A stretch of DNA of 64,000 nt. It comes from Bugula neritina (Eukaryota; Animalia; Bryozoa). Of this stretch, positions 29,723-44,700 are shown in pieces (the first letter of the stretch is position 1; every line of letters starts with the position of its first letter). The notes beneath the pieces are model-generated. The model did not search any database, was not told where the DNA came from, and was given only the letters and a program-made list of their open reading frames with translations. Where the stretch lies: NCBI GenBank assembly GCA_964035545.1, contig OZ037765.1, positions 24,675,504-24,739,503 on the forward strand, in the 5' to 3' direction. The position numbers and the translations under genes were made by a program.

Positions 29723-32700
29723 TTAGTTTTCAATATTTGTTTCACCTGTAGTGCCCAACATGTTCATCAATTCTTCTGAAAGTTCTTCCACATCTGGCAG
29801 TGAAGAATCTGCAATAGTATTTTGTATCCGCATAAGTTGGCTGACAACAGACTCTCAAAATATTTCTGTGAACTTTTAGCAATCAAAGTAAATATTGATG
29901 GTGTCATTTTGCAATTCCTATTTGTATTGTCTCACACATCATAGTTGCTAGTGCATGTCAGTCTAGCACGTCCCTATTGTGGTGCAGGTTTGGCAGGTAC
30001 AAGGAATTAGCATATTATAACAATTCACAATCTAAGTAAGATTATCACCTTCAATGTAGGACTTCTTAAGATAACTCAGAAGCACATCAACTCTCACAGG
30101 AAATTGCCCGATATTATCAGCACTGTCCTCATCCTCGCTGTCATCTGAGATCAATGTCTCATCCATACTGCCGGTATCTGAAGAGTCGTCTCCATATTTT
30201 GACAGCCCTGAAAACAGCAAGTGAACTGTTGAGTTTACCCAGTAGTCCCTGTGGTGTAATGGTTAGCGGGCCTGCTTGCAAGCCGGAGGTCTTTGGGTTC
30301 AAAAGTTTTATAACAAGCTCTTGAAAAATAATTTTTTTGGCTGAAGGAATAGTTAGATGAAACAAAACATAACCTACTTATAGGGCATATGCTCCATTCA
30401 ATACCAACAATTGTATTAATAATTGATAATGGTAAATTTAACTTACTAGGAGTACTAACACTGGCAGTAATAACACTAGTAGTGCTAACCTCTACACAAC
30501 AATAATAGTCATCAACTTTGACCAATCATAGAGGCCTAAGCACTCTTGTATGGCATACAGATTGCACCAAGTAACTTTCATATATTGTTTGATGAGAAAT
30601 TGTGCTGAAGCTGTGTTCAGTCATGCATAAAATGAGGTTTAAAGGTAGCTGGATAAAAAAATAGCTCACAAAATTGAAAAATAGGAAATGTTAGATAGCA
30701 GTTCCAAAAATGAAGCCTACATTTCATCAGCAGTAATAAAGATTACATAGTCACTATATATAGAGCATTTTAAGCTACGCTAACCTGGTCATTATAATGT
30801 AGTATGTTCTTACCTGTCCAAGATTTGAAGCGGCCCAGCATAAAGTTGATGATCTCATACTCATTTCTTTGGTTGGCAACATCATTTTTTAATGTGGTGA
30901 AGCTTTCAATCACAATGGAAAGTAGCATATTTAGCAGAATGAACATGTTGACCACCATAAAGAGTATGAAGAATATTGGAGAGAGGAAATTACTCCTGGT
31001 CATCTTTTGAAAATCAAATCTTCCCAGCATCATTGCAAAACATGTTTCCAGTGATCTTATGAACGTGACAAATTGATACATATCTTGCATTAATATAATG
31101 TTGAAGAACTGAACAAAAGAAAAGAAAACAATCATAAATATTATTGAGAATGTTGCCAGCTTCCGTCCACAGTGTTTCAGTGTTCTAGCAAGCAGCGAAA
31201 TCTTCTTATTGAACCGCAACACCTTGATCAGCTTAATTATGACAAAAAAGATAAGCATGGCTACCGATTGTCCATATAGTTCGCAGTAATAGGAGACACT
31301 TTCAAACTTCATGTAAGTGTTTCCTTTTGTCTCCTTGAACCTCTTGGTCAATTTGTCTACCTGGACATACTGGTTGACGAAAAGGATGGCTCCGAGAAAG
31401 GCCAAGAGAATAATTACTAAAAATATAATACAAGTAAAAGTCTAGCATAAATGCAAACTTTCCTAGTCCACATATAATACACAGGATCTTACAAATAGTT
31501 ATTAAAACTACAGTATTAATATGTTTTAATGCAGTATGTTTTATGGAACAATAATGGCACACCTCATAGAAAGCAGTGACTATACTTGTCTTCTTGTGGA
31601 TGCACAGTTAGGGTAACCTAAATATAGTCTTAATGTAACTAAAAGTTTATTAACAACGTACCCCATTCATGATAATTCCAATATTCTTTAAAATACACTC
31701 TTCCTTGTCTTTTAATGCTTTTACACTCGATGACAAGAAATCCAATAATAAACACTCCAAACATTGCGTGACAACTAATTTGAAAAGTGGCCTCTGCTCC
31801 CACATACTGCAACAGCCTCATTGGAAGGAACCTGAAAGTATAAAAACTTAGTGGAATATTGTTAAATAATAATAGTAGCTAGACTAATCATGAATACAAT
31901 ATGAGCATAAATATAGCAATTTAATTTGGTCGTACATTAAACTTTGCTGAATTTTTGTGTGCTGCACATACAATTATAATTTTCACAGATGGTGCCGAGT
32001 TCATTTTAATATCAACACAAGACTTTACCACTTATAATGAAATCAACCGTTTTTCACGGTTGTTTTCATTATTTAAACAGTAAAAACAATCGCAGTATAG
32101 TAACTTTGAGTTACTAATGCCAATTTTCACGAGCCCAAATTCTAACTATGGATGCAACACTCTCCAGAGAGCAAATTTGCAAGTACTGTGATTGTAACTG
32201 GTTAGATGTTGAAATAATTTTATTTTCTTAATTCATTTTAGCAAATTTTAAAATATACCTATATTATAGATTCAAATACTTTTAATAAAATAATTATCGC
32301 CTGTACCATGCATAAATCATTAATAGCAGCATACATGCTTTTACCCGACATCTCATCATAAAGTGCTATTCAGAGGTAAATCCTGTGCATCCACACGCAC
32401 AGAACAACAGCGATGAAACGTTACAAAGGTTACAAGATATTTTACCTCCATCTGGGATTAAAACTTCCAGAATTTGGCATCTCGAGTAATAAAGTGCTGA
32501 TACAGAACAAGTTCATGCCTACATTGTAAACTGTGAACTCAATAAAGATGGCTCTAGTGTATCTGTCTATCCATGTATTCTGCTCCAGCACTTTAGATCT
32601 CTCAATCAGTGACTCAGCATCTTCTCTTAGGTCAAAGACGTATCCGCCACCACTATACATGCTAATCTCTCCTAAACACATTTATTGAATGTTAGTTTGC

Positions 32701-35700
32701 ATTAACATTACGCTATGCATTTTAGCTAAAATAAGTATAAACTTTTAAAAATATTCATTAATTTGTGCAGACAATTCAAGCACAACAATTTATGCATGTA
32801 AAGAAGTCTATGATTTCAACTAAGAGTCTCTTTGTGATTGGCACTGGCTAGAGTTATATTATTCAGACACGCAAATAAAATAAAACTTTTAAGTAATTTA
32901 TACTGCATCTGATAAAATTTGTTACAAGTAATTTTTTAAACATCACCAAGATTGAGTTTGAAAAGCTGGTAAAAATGTATGCAAATAAAGATTCTTAGGT
33001 GTTATTAAGAGTGCAAATACTGCGTTACACCAGCAGTAATGGCTCATCAACTTACATTTCTAAAATTCAAATGCATGTTTACCAGCATAAGGTTAAGGAA
33101 ATAGCTTTAATGTGCTCATAAAAGCGCATTTTTGTTGCAATGCAAACATACGAAATACAAAAACAATGTGACCAGCAAGAAGCATTGGGAGTACAACTCT
33201 AGATATGTCATTAATGCTGCTCTATAGTCTATAGTTAGTATGATATAATATACTACCAGCACCACTACTGTGTGAAAGCTGTAGTAATAAAAGTATAACT
33301 GTTCATTATTCAAATACTACCAGGGAAGGGCAGACCATCCAACTCTTTAGCAGTCCGATAAATAAACTCTTCAAAGTTGGCAGAGTCCACACCCTTCTTC
33401 ATCCATCCTGGGCCAAAATCTCTCCTTTCATCTTCCAGAGTGCTGTACTTATTCAAGCATTTGCTTATAATGCCAGTAAGCTGTTGAGCAACACCACATG
33501 TATCTGCAAGTCACCAATTAGAAGACACTATTTCACACTCAAAGAGGTTGATATGCCTTATTCTATGTATCACGGAATAAATTACGTGCAACTCCTAATC
33601 ACATGTGTACCACAGTACATACATGAAATATACTAAATGAGCATTTGTGTTGTTTACTGGATTTATTACTTTTAACTTGTGGTTAATCGCTTATGTGAAT
33701 ATAATGATATAATATAACATAGTAGTAGTGGCAGTAGTATTTATGTTGCAAAATTAAAGGCTGTATTTTTTCAAATTCGTGCGTGTGCGTGTGTGTGCGA
33801 TGCGAGCAATAGAATAATAAAATACTTTAACTCATTACTTTTCATACTACAGCTTTGGTATTATTTCATTTATGTTTTTTGAATGAAATTTAAATTGTAC
33901 ATACTTGGTGGAATTCTTAGCTGCCTGATAACAGCATAGCCCATAATCCTAGAAGTTTTGTCACCAAGAAATCCTCTTAGATTCACAGGAGGCTGGTTAT
34001 TGTACCACGGAGCTGCTCTTAGTTCTGGTATCAAAGTCTCTCTTGTCCAATACCAGAAGTTACTTACATTACGAATCTATAAATAGATGCTACACTTTAC
34101 ATTAACTAGTAGGATGAGAGACTACCAACATAATATATCGCACAAGCACTTGATAAAGTACAGTAACAAATTTTCGTTGCTGAAATACTTGAATTTGCTG
34201 AATTAACATTTCAACACTAGTTATTGATTAGGTATATTTAAATTTATTACAGCAAGTTCATTTCTGTGTAAAATATACAAAACCAGCGTTAAATTTACAC
34301 CTGTAATATAATACATCAGTGAGCAAAGAGTAAAAGAAATGTACTACGTGATGGGCTACCTTGGAATAATCTTGAAAGAATTTATCTCCTTTTTTAATGA
34401 ACATGTCCTCCATGTGTTTCTTGAACCGGTAAGACTGAACATTCTGAGTGCTGGAGCTGAGGACAGCCAGGATTGAGAGAAACAAGCAGTAGATAATCAT
34501 CTGAAAGTCAACATCAGCACATAGTATAATAGCACATAGTGTAATAGCACATAGTGTAATAGCACATAGTGTAATAGTACATAGTATAATAATACATAGT
34601 ATAATAGTACATAGTATAATGATACATAGTATAATAGTATGGTACATAGTATAATAGCACATGTATAGTATAATAGCACATAGTAAAATAGTACACAGTA
34701 TAATAGTACACAGTATAATAGTACATAGTATAATATTACATAGATAGTACATAGTATAATAATACATAGTATAATAGTACATAGTATAATAGTACATAGT
34801 ATAATAGTACATAGTATAATAGTACATAGTATAATAGTACATAGTATAATAGCACATAGTATAATGATACATAGATAGTACATAGTATAATAATACATAG
34901 TATAATAGTACATAGTATAATAGTACATAGTATAATAGTACATAGTATAATAGTACATAGTATAATAATACATAGTATAATAGTATAATAGTACATAGTA
35001 TAATAGTACATAGTATAATAGCACATAGTATAATAGCACATAGTATAATAGTACATAGTATAATAGCACATAGTATAACAGCACATAGTATAATAGTACA
35101 TAGTATAATAGCACATAGTATAATAGTACATAGTATAATAGCACATAGTATAATAGCACATAGTATAATAATACATAGTATAATAATACGTAGTATAATA
35201 GTACATACATTAGATAGTACAAGTCTATTTATTTTGATAGAATTGAATATTCTGCTTTGCGGTTAATTTTTTTGAGTTGACATTTTTTAAAAATCACATA
35301 ACTACATATGAAATATAAATCTGTATAAAAGTAGGTTGAATAACATTTGACATGATTTATTCTTCAATTGTTCAAAAGAGTGTTTTACCATTCCTGTCAT
35401 ACTTAGAAAAATATTGAAGTCGTGACTTAAAAAGTCATAAATCTTATACACAAAGAGTAATATTTTATATGCTTCATATACTTATAAAAGATTCATCTGC
35501 AAGCTTTGTCACGTAGTGAAAATATGTGTGCTGATGGGAATTTCGAAAATGGCTGCTACATCAAATGCTTTAGCTCTATTAGTTAGTAACTGTAACGGAA
35601 AAGTAGCAGCTTGATCACATCTCAGCACCATATGAGCAACTAATATCAAGACCTTTAGTTTCTTTGAACATTCAGTTATAAAATGCGGTATAAAGCAAAC

Positions 35701-38700
35701 AACCATCAGAAATTTAGTGTATATCTGGCATCATCCATGAGTGTGGTAAGGTTTAGATGTCTTGGCTTTTGCATGGTGAATTTAGTAGATGCAGTTATTC
35801 AATTAATTGGCATAAATGATGACAAAACTTCATTGAGACTTGCCTCTCTAATTACTTTATGCATATTCATCTCTTTCAACCGCCTTTTCCTTATAGCAGC
35901 CAGCATTTTCTCATTGGGTGGTCTAATTGTAAAAGGCTCAAATGATCTTACAGCATGATGACCTAAAATTACAGGAACAATTATGGTATTAACCTTTGAC
36001 CCTAAGCACTTCCATAGGGTCCACCTATGAGGTGAGCTAATAGAAAATAGGGTGTTGCTTTGGGTTTAGCTTGTGCACCAATAACTGTGCATTCGAAAAT
36101 ATTTTACCAAGTACATGTCTCTATCCCTTGTAGAACAATTGGAAAGTAGCCAAAACTAAGAAGTATAATTTCCTTATTCTTAGGTGAAAGAGCAATACAA
36201 ACAAATACTAAATTTTCATCTTTGCCCGAAAAAGGTAACAAATAAGCTATTTATTCATAATGATATCACTTGTAGATGCATAATCACATTGCCAAAAGAG
36301 AAGACAACTTTGTATAGGACATGTATGATATAAAATTTTAGCCACAATAAAAGTATATACTTGTGTGGCTATCAGAACCAAAGTATTGTTCGTCATAGCT
36401 CAACACCAGGTCCTCTTCATCGTTCAGTTGTTCTTCCTCGGAGTGTGGAGTTTTTATGAGCAGAGAGAAGATAACTGCCATTATGATGACCTGTGCACAT
36501 TAAATATAGGTGGTGATGCTTATATAAATCTATATAGTTTACAATCTGTACACCTGTGCACTGCTTGACAGATTTTTACAGCTTCAGTTAGATAGCTTTT
36601 TAGAACATGATATAAACCATAAATATATTCCTGAAACTTTTTAAATTTGTGTCAACAAATAGTAACTCTTTCAACACCTACAGCCTGCATCTGATCTGCA
36701 CTCAAAGTAATAATAAGTAGAATGTACTCAAGTTAGGATCATAGTAAACAAAAATTGATGAAAAATTATTCTGGTAACATGAATTAATCATCATCTCTTT
36801 TCTAACATTTACCATAACAAAATTTAAGGAAATCACACTGGGCATCTTACAGTATAATATGCTAATGTCTAATTGCAAACACTTTTTTGTTCAAGCTATT
36901 AGGTAATGTTTGCTAAAAGTTTCTGCAGACTACATTGGATATATTTATGGAATTTGTTGGAAGCTAGCCAAAAGCATTTATGTGATAAATGTTTGCAATA
37001 CGTTACACAGTATAGAGCTGTTACTCACATGATGGATGAGTATATAATATATACAGATTACTATTACTTTACCTTAATCGGCTGAGTTATAAAGACACTA
37101 GATAGGAATGCTATAACCATTGAAGTAAGCCACTTAGACGTCTTTTCATTACCAAACTCCAGACTGTAGAGGAACACAAACACTGCACAAGTTATGACTG
37201 ACAGCCACAGCAGTATCCATGCTAGTCCTCTGCATGTATAAAACACATAAATATTAAATAATAACTATATTTAAGGAAAATATTATTCGTAAATTAGAGA
37301 AAATATTATTTAGTGATAAACAAATAAGTGATAAGCAAATAGCATTGTGAGGAAATTATCACGTTGGATTGTATTCTTAAGTTTTTTGCAACCTGCAAGG
37401 AACCAACTGAAAAGTATTTTTTCTTTGGTTTGTTTAAAAAAATACGCTTTGCAAGTTTATTTATTTGGGACATTTATCTACTTTTGTAAAATTTAGAGTA
37501 ATTATTCAATAAAAAAGTATATAGGAAAGAGTTGCACGATTAATCTTTCATAAACAAAAAACTTAATTAAATCGTAGGAGTATATTGGTGGATGTCCAGA
37601 CAGTTTAAAACTTTAAATACCAAAAGCAGTTTTCTTTATGGTATACAGTTCGCAAGCATCTTAATAAGAAATATTGCATCTGTTTGCATGTTTTTATTTG
37701 TATGTATTTATATGAATTAACATGTATTTAAGAATTACCTGCACCACCAAGGTAAAGTGATGGGTTTCCTATAGTTGCTGGAATTCTTCTCAAAATGCTT
37801 GCTAAATGTTTCTCTTGAAGCATCAACATTTTGGTGCAAGTTTGAAAATCCAGTGCCCTAATATGCATATAATATATAATATACAATACATAATGCATAA
37901 TATATAATACACAATATAGAATACATATGCATATAATAGAAAACAATTACAATGCATAAAATATAATACATATCATATTAATATATAACATATAAGATAA
38001 AAAATTTGAAACAAATCAAACTGATTCGATGTTTTGTATTAGCAAATATTTAAAGCACAGTCAAAGGAGAAACGATATATTAAAAAACTTTGATTTATAT
38101 TGTATTCTATAAAATAGAATAACTTATAGTTGAGTATAGATACCTGAAAGTATGGGTGGGATATGTTGGAGTACCTAGCTTCATTCAACGCAATGGCCAG
38201 GTTTAGAGGGGAATGCCTTTTTCTCCTATGGCGAGATTTTCTAAACATCTGTATTACGGCCAGAGACACAAAAAATACTATGAAGTTGGAGTAGAAACCA
38301 ATTGCAATCTGAAATCAAAATTATAAACAAAATTAAAATATAAAAATAAATCTGTGTTTTAAATAATATGACACGTAAGTGATAATGCGACGCTATATGC
38401 AGTCATTATCTAAGCAGTGTAACAAAGAAATAGTCCCTCTGCAAAAATGTTATGACATATTAAGAATGTATTTATATGTAAATTGACCAATTGCAGAAAC
38501 TATGAGTTAGCCTTTTTGGCTGTCACCTCTACATACAGACACAAGCTAAAGCAGGTTTCAAAAAACCTTTTGTAAAATTTAAATTGTAGTTATTCTCCGC
38601 AGAACAAAAAGTGCAAAAATTAAAAAGATGATCCACAATAAAAAACTAAACAATGCATTTACTAACAAGAGTATAAAATAAAAGTATTTTAAACATGTCA

Positions 38701-41700
38701 GGTAAATAAGAAGATAAACAGATGAACACCAACAGCCAGTACCTGCTGAACGCTGAGAGTAAAAGGACCCATCTGTAAACCAGCGAGGCTAGTTTCATCT
38801 TTCTCATAAAACATAGCGCTGGTGATCATACTGAGCATGAGCAGCAGCAAGCAGCAGGACACTCTCTGTAGTCTTGTGAATCTGCTGCACACAGGTCGAG
38901 TGAATATCTAAACATACATCATATTCCTATGAAGTTTGTCATTCTTAGAACAGTAATTAAGACCGCTTGCAATATGCACAGTTTTTGAACAATGTAAAAG
39001 TTATCTATAATATAGAATGTGAATTAGTTAATTTATATGAACATATAATTATGAGTTGGCAGAAATACGTCTCAGTTTACTTCATTGGGTAAAGCTGGGT
39101 ACTTGTAGGTTACATGGGTGCACAGATTATTCATATTCATAATAGAAAGCAACTTTTTATCTTTATTTACACCAACTTTTTATATCTCCATTTATGTGGA
39201 CTTGCTGACCACCACATGCATTGTATATAATATACATGTAACATTTATTTACAGTCAGCATTGTTAACAAATAATAAACACTGCATCAACTTAGTTTTAA
39301 AAAAAAAGTAAACATCAAGGTGGTGATACCACGCTACATAAATACAACACAATGTTATGTCCATTAACACAAAACACAAGCTGCTGGTTGATTAAATATC
39401 AAACTTGGGACCCTCACCGAAATCCAAAGATGATCATCTGCCAAGTCCTTCTTTGTCCTTTCAGTGAAAAGATGAGAAAAATTCAGCAAATCTGAATCTC
39501 CAGAGACAGGAAACACCTTGTCAATCTAACAACATGAAAATGCACTTTTATATTTGCAAGTCTTAGCTACATGCCAATTTTTAAAAATGGTAATAAAATT
39601 TCTTTTTAAAAAATTGCTTAATTGATGAAAATTCACATAAACCATAAGCAGTTAGCTACAGAGGGAGCAGCCGTGGTCTAGGGGTTAGAGCGCTTGCCTA
39701 GTAAGCACGAAGTCATGGGTTCGAGCCCCAACAAAGGCCATTGGTGATGTTAGGAAAAGCAGCTAGTCATAACTGCTCTTGTGCTCCATCTAAATAAGTC
39801 CTCAGCCCAATTTAACAAAAATCCCTTCCATCAGGGGTCTTCTCACAGGGATAGTGACTATACACCTTCGTGAGTTATAAGCGCTTAGCTAAGCCTATAT
39901 CTTCAAATTTAAACTCAGCAATTTTTCAGTAACAGCCTGCTTCCTGCTAAGCAATAGACTAGCAATTGTTTTGAGGTATTTTAATTTTTTCATATTCATG
40001 TACTTTGTTGATATATAAACAAATAATTTCCTATGACTTACTTCTCCATCTTCTTCCTCTACAGCTAACCATCTATTAGCAACAAAAGGATATTTGATTT
40101 TGGTTTGAAGGTCGACTATTATGATATAGTTGAGAAACCAAGAACCATGTTCACTTGGCCCGCTGTTATCATGCCACACTCTAACATATTGGAGAGGCCC
40201 CATTGGATGAGGCACTGCCATCAGAAACGAATCAGTTTGGCCTCGTTTCAAGATTTCTTGACCGTAGCCATTCAGTGGTCTGACGCATGTTTCATCCCAC
40301 TCACCGGACACCACCAAACATACCTGCCAAAATCACCATTTATAGGTCAGTGTACTACTATGGCAAAATCATTATTAATGATTCTATAGACTAAAAGAAC
40401 TTCCAATTCTTGTACACTGCATTTGGTTTATAAACTGAAACAGCAAATGAAACATCACATATTGTATGTCCGTTAAATGTGGAATGATAAAATCACCTTA
40501 GACTTAGTTCCAGCACCAGAACGGGAGCCTGTTGTAACTCTCACTTCATAGAGATATTTATCTAAAGGATCATTGCTATCCATTGGTATACAGCCCACCC
40601 TTGTCAAATCTTTTCTATCAGCATGTCTAGCCCAAACAGCTAATAACGTGTAGAGCACTGAAATAATAAAATACAGTCTATATAACGGTAGTCATGCATT
40701 CATCGTATTAATATACATAGTTTACATTTCGTTGTGTCTGAACTTTATAGACAATAAATAAAAAACACATCAGTGATGCCATTAAGTAAACCTTGGCAAG
40801 AACCTATAAAGCTAAATTGGTAAAATGGCCAAACAATTTTATCGTGCTAAAGAAATTGTAGCGAAAAGCTCATTTTGTAATGATTACTAGTGACCTAACG
40901 GGTTTGGACCAGCATCACCCACTAAGCAAGCTTATAAATTTACTTTTTATATCAACAATTAGCTCACAATAATATTAATGATCACAAAGGATAATATGAA
41001 ATAATGTTTTTGAAAATAATTTGTTGTAAAAAACATGTAACCTGCAATAATGCTGAGTGTAATGAATATAACTGGATTCTTGGTGGGGTCAACTTCCAAC
41101 TCAGCAAAGTCAATAGTATTTGGAGCAACTAAAAATCCACTGGCAAAGGTAGACAAATGATTGCAGAAACACTCTACAGCCTTTTCTGATGACTTGTTGC
41201 CCACCTGTTAAAAATATAGTTGCACTGATATAAACTTTCTACTCTATAAAGGAAGTAAGATTGACGAAAGTAGCTATTTGCTTAATCTTATACAGACATA
41301 ACATTATTTTCAAAGCATTGGAATAAAAGTAAACTTAAGTCTTGTTCTTCATTGGGAAAGAAGACTTTTACACCAAAACATTGCAGTTGTAATCATAGCA
41401 GTTCGTGAACACAACTTTTAGCAATTCTACCGCTATAAGGAAAATTTACATACTTGCTTTGTTATGACACATTAGACAAGTCTAATTAACAATCACAGAC
41501 ACAACTGTTGCAGAGACAGAGTAACTTGCATTCTTGAAAATACACAGGTTGCTGATTGTGGGATAAATGCATAAAATATTTATTTAAATTTCAGTCTGAA
41601 ATTTATTCCCTAGAAAATAGCTGCATCCAATGTGGGAAATTTTCAGTAAAAATAACCAAATTTTCCTTTGAATTTTCTACCTCGCTTTAATTTTGCAGTG

Positions 41701-44700
41701 ACCAAATGATTCATTTAAAAACTATGTCTCAGTTTATTGGTTTATTTTCATTACTGGCTCCAAATGTATCTGCCAACTTACTGAGCCACAGTGGATAACC
41801 TTCATATTTCATGACTTAGAATGAGCAATACTATAACTAGTGGTGTTGGTAACTATTAGGAAGAAATATGAAATATTGAAGCAAATGCACATAATATAAT
41901 GAGGTACTTACAATGCAACCTTTAGATGACATCGAGTTTGTCTGTTCATCATAGAAATAACACCCAACAGTGTTGGCACTGAAGCTATATTCAAAGGTAG
42001 CATTTGGTACCAACACTTCTTGATAATTAGAAATGCCTTTTACGGTAGCTATTCCAACTGATAGAGGTGCAAAACTAATGTAGAAGTTACCAATTCGGCC
42101 TTGCACTATGCTTTGGTCTATTATTACCATTAGCCTTTTCTCTGCATTACAAATAAAATAAATTTTAACATAATATATTAAACAAGTTAAACCATAATTT
42201 GCGATATAGATGAGTTACTTGTAAATTGTAAAACAGTTATATTATAGCTTCATGAAATTAATTGTTATGAAGATTCAAATAGCAGGTCTCTAGTTGTACA
42301 ACAAACGTGCAGGTTTGCAGGTTTGGTGCTTAATATTTCAGATTAATTTCTGGCCAACTCAACTTATGCTCTAGAAAAAAAGACAAACAATCAAATATCA
42401 GAAAGAAAGTAAAGCCATTACGGACATATGCAGCAGAGCCATTAATAAAGTTTTCAAGGAACATTCAATCATAACTATTCTTGTGGCACACTAATGTCTT
42501 CAAGATAGCATAGCGCAGTCGACATAGGTATGTGATTATAAACAGCTGTAGATTTTTACAACAAAAAAACAACTTGAAACATTGCAATTTGTTTAAATCG
42601 AGTTATTAAAGTATTAAGCAAAACAGCGGAAATAGAGGTTAAAACAAAAGATTTTATAATTGTAATAAGTTGAAATGATTATAGTGTTAATACCTAAGCC
42701 AGTAGAATAAACAGAGTAACTCTCTTTAATCCCATCACATGGTAGTAGGTTTTGTTCAAAGCAAGGAGAGCTGCACTCGGTATCATTAGTCAGGCCGAGC
42801 TGCTCTACATCCCTCAAGCAATAACATTTTCCCACCGATGGGATCCCAGCAAAGCTAAACCCTGTCACGATTATCAACGACCATGACTAATGTACTAAGT
42901 TGCAGTTAAAAGTAACAAATGGCTTATTTTATAAACAAAGTTTAGGTAAGTATAGTGTAAATTGTAATGAGTTGATTTACACAGAAACATGAAACCCAAT
43001 GCTAATGAAAGTTCAGAAGAATTGTAGGAAAAGCACAAGCACCTTGAGCAGAGCAGGTATCAATGCATGTGTCTAATGATCCAGTAGTTGGTATAGTAAA
43101 CATATAGTCTTCTTTTAAAGCTTCTGTGTCCACATTTTTAAAGCACCCATAATATTCTCCTCTTTCCAGGTTTCCTGCATTAAAAATTAGCTTTGACAAA
43201 AGTGATGACAAAAATAAACAATGCTGGTTAGTGGATATTATTATTATGCAAGTGAAAGATGCTTTGGCACGAATAAATTTTACCTGTAACTTTGATGAGA
43301 AACATCTTATCATAAGTGTTTGAGGCTAAGTCTGGTTTCCTATCGTATCTTACAAAGACTAGTAGATGCTCATAGTTGGTAACATTAGCAAACTCTATGA
43401 ATAAAGACACATCCATAGCCTGCACAGATATGATCTCAGTTACCAAAACATGTATTCTCGAGTCATTCACCATTCTTCTGGTAAACTGAACGGCAAAATC
43501 TTCTGGTAGTCTTGAATTAGGGATCATGAAACGTATCTAAAAGATAATAAAACTGGAAACTTAGATATTGGCCCCAATAAAAAAAAACTTTATTGCATGC
43601 AAGATAGTGCAACAAATTTAAGCTCCCAAATACTTTTATTTTTGTGAAAGCAAAAATGTTACAAAGAAAAACAAAATAATTAAAAATTAAGCACTGCTAA
43701 AATTACTAGAAAACTGAGTTTTAGTGCCAGACTAACTTTTGGCAGAACATTTGCTAGTTATAATCAACTTAATACAAGACTTTTTATTAGAAAGAAAACC
43801 ATAGATGTCATACTGGTGATAAAGTGTCAGTTATAGTCAACTTGGTTCCCTCATCATCAAAATAATCCAGTGTAATGGAAGCGGAATACTTAGAGACAGA
43901 CGAGTCATACAACTGGCTAGGATCTTTGAAGTCCTGCACCTTCGACTTGTAGAGAAACGGATTTCGAACCAACGCAACATTCTTCAAAATACATGAATAA
44001 ATGTTGCGAACAAACACATAAAGCATATAATAAAACTAAAATTAAAATTTATAGCCTGGGTTCTGTCATAACCTTGAAATGTATGAAACAGTTATTTATC
44101 TGTCACGCAGAGGGTACAGCTGCAAATAAAAATATTTTGTAGAGAGCAAAGTTCAATGGTAGCACTTCATGGGCTAGACACAGACTGATATTATTCATTG
44201 ATAAATTATGCTCTATGCATGTAGTGACATTATATTCTATCTCTTTTTATAAGAATTCTAGTCCCTAACTCGTCTCACAACTAGACATTTAAAAATTATT
44301 TCTCAATACTGAGATGCAGCCTATGTAGGATAGCAGCGAGTCTCTAACCAGGACCAAGAAGTACCACTATACCCATACTTTAAACGTTTCTTTCGTCACG
44401 GCTAAACAACATTACCTACAAAAACTTATTCTACATACAGGAATTGAAGCTAATGTTGCAGCTAAGTCTACATTAACTCAAGAGAAAGTTGTTAGAAGCA
44501 GCACCAAGTTGGTGGTCACTGAGTGCAGTAGTTTGGAGTTGGGAGTTAAGCATGCCAATCCAAACTCTCATCTCCAAACTCTCGACCTTCACTGCACTTA
44601 ATGACCACCAACTTGGTGCTGCCTCTAGCAACTTTCAACCCAAAAGCTATACACAGAGCAATAATAGACAACAAACAGCATATAGAGAAAAGCAACTCAT

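Noticed and set aside
34258-35222. Tyr/Cys-rich ORFs (MYYYT, YYVLL, IILCT repeats)
   Set aside because: These are translations of a 15-bp minisatellite in three frames; only 34500-34360 is a real polycystin exon.
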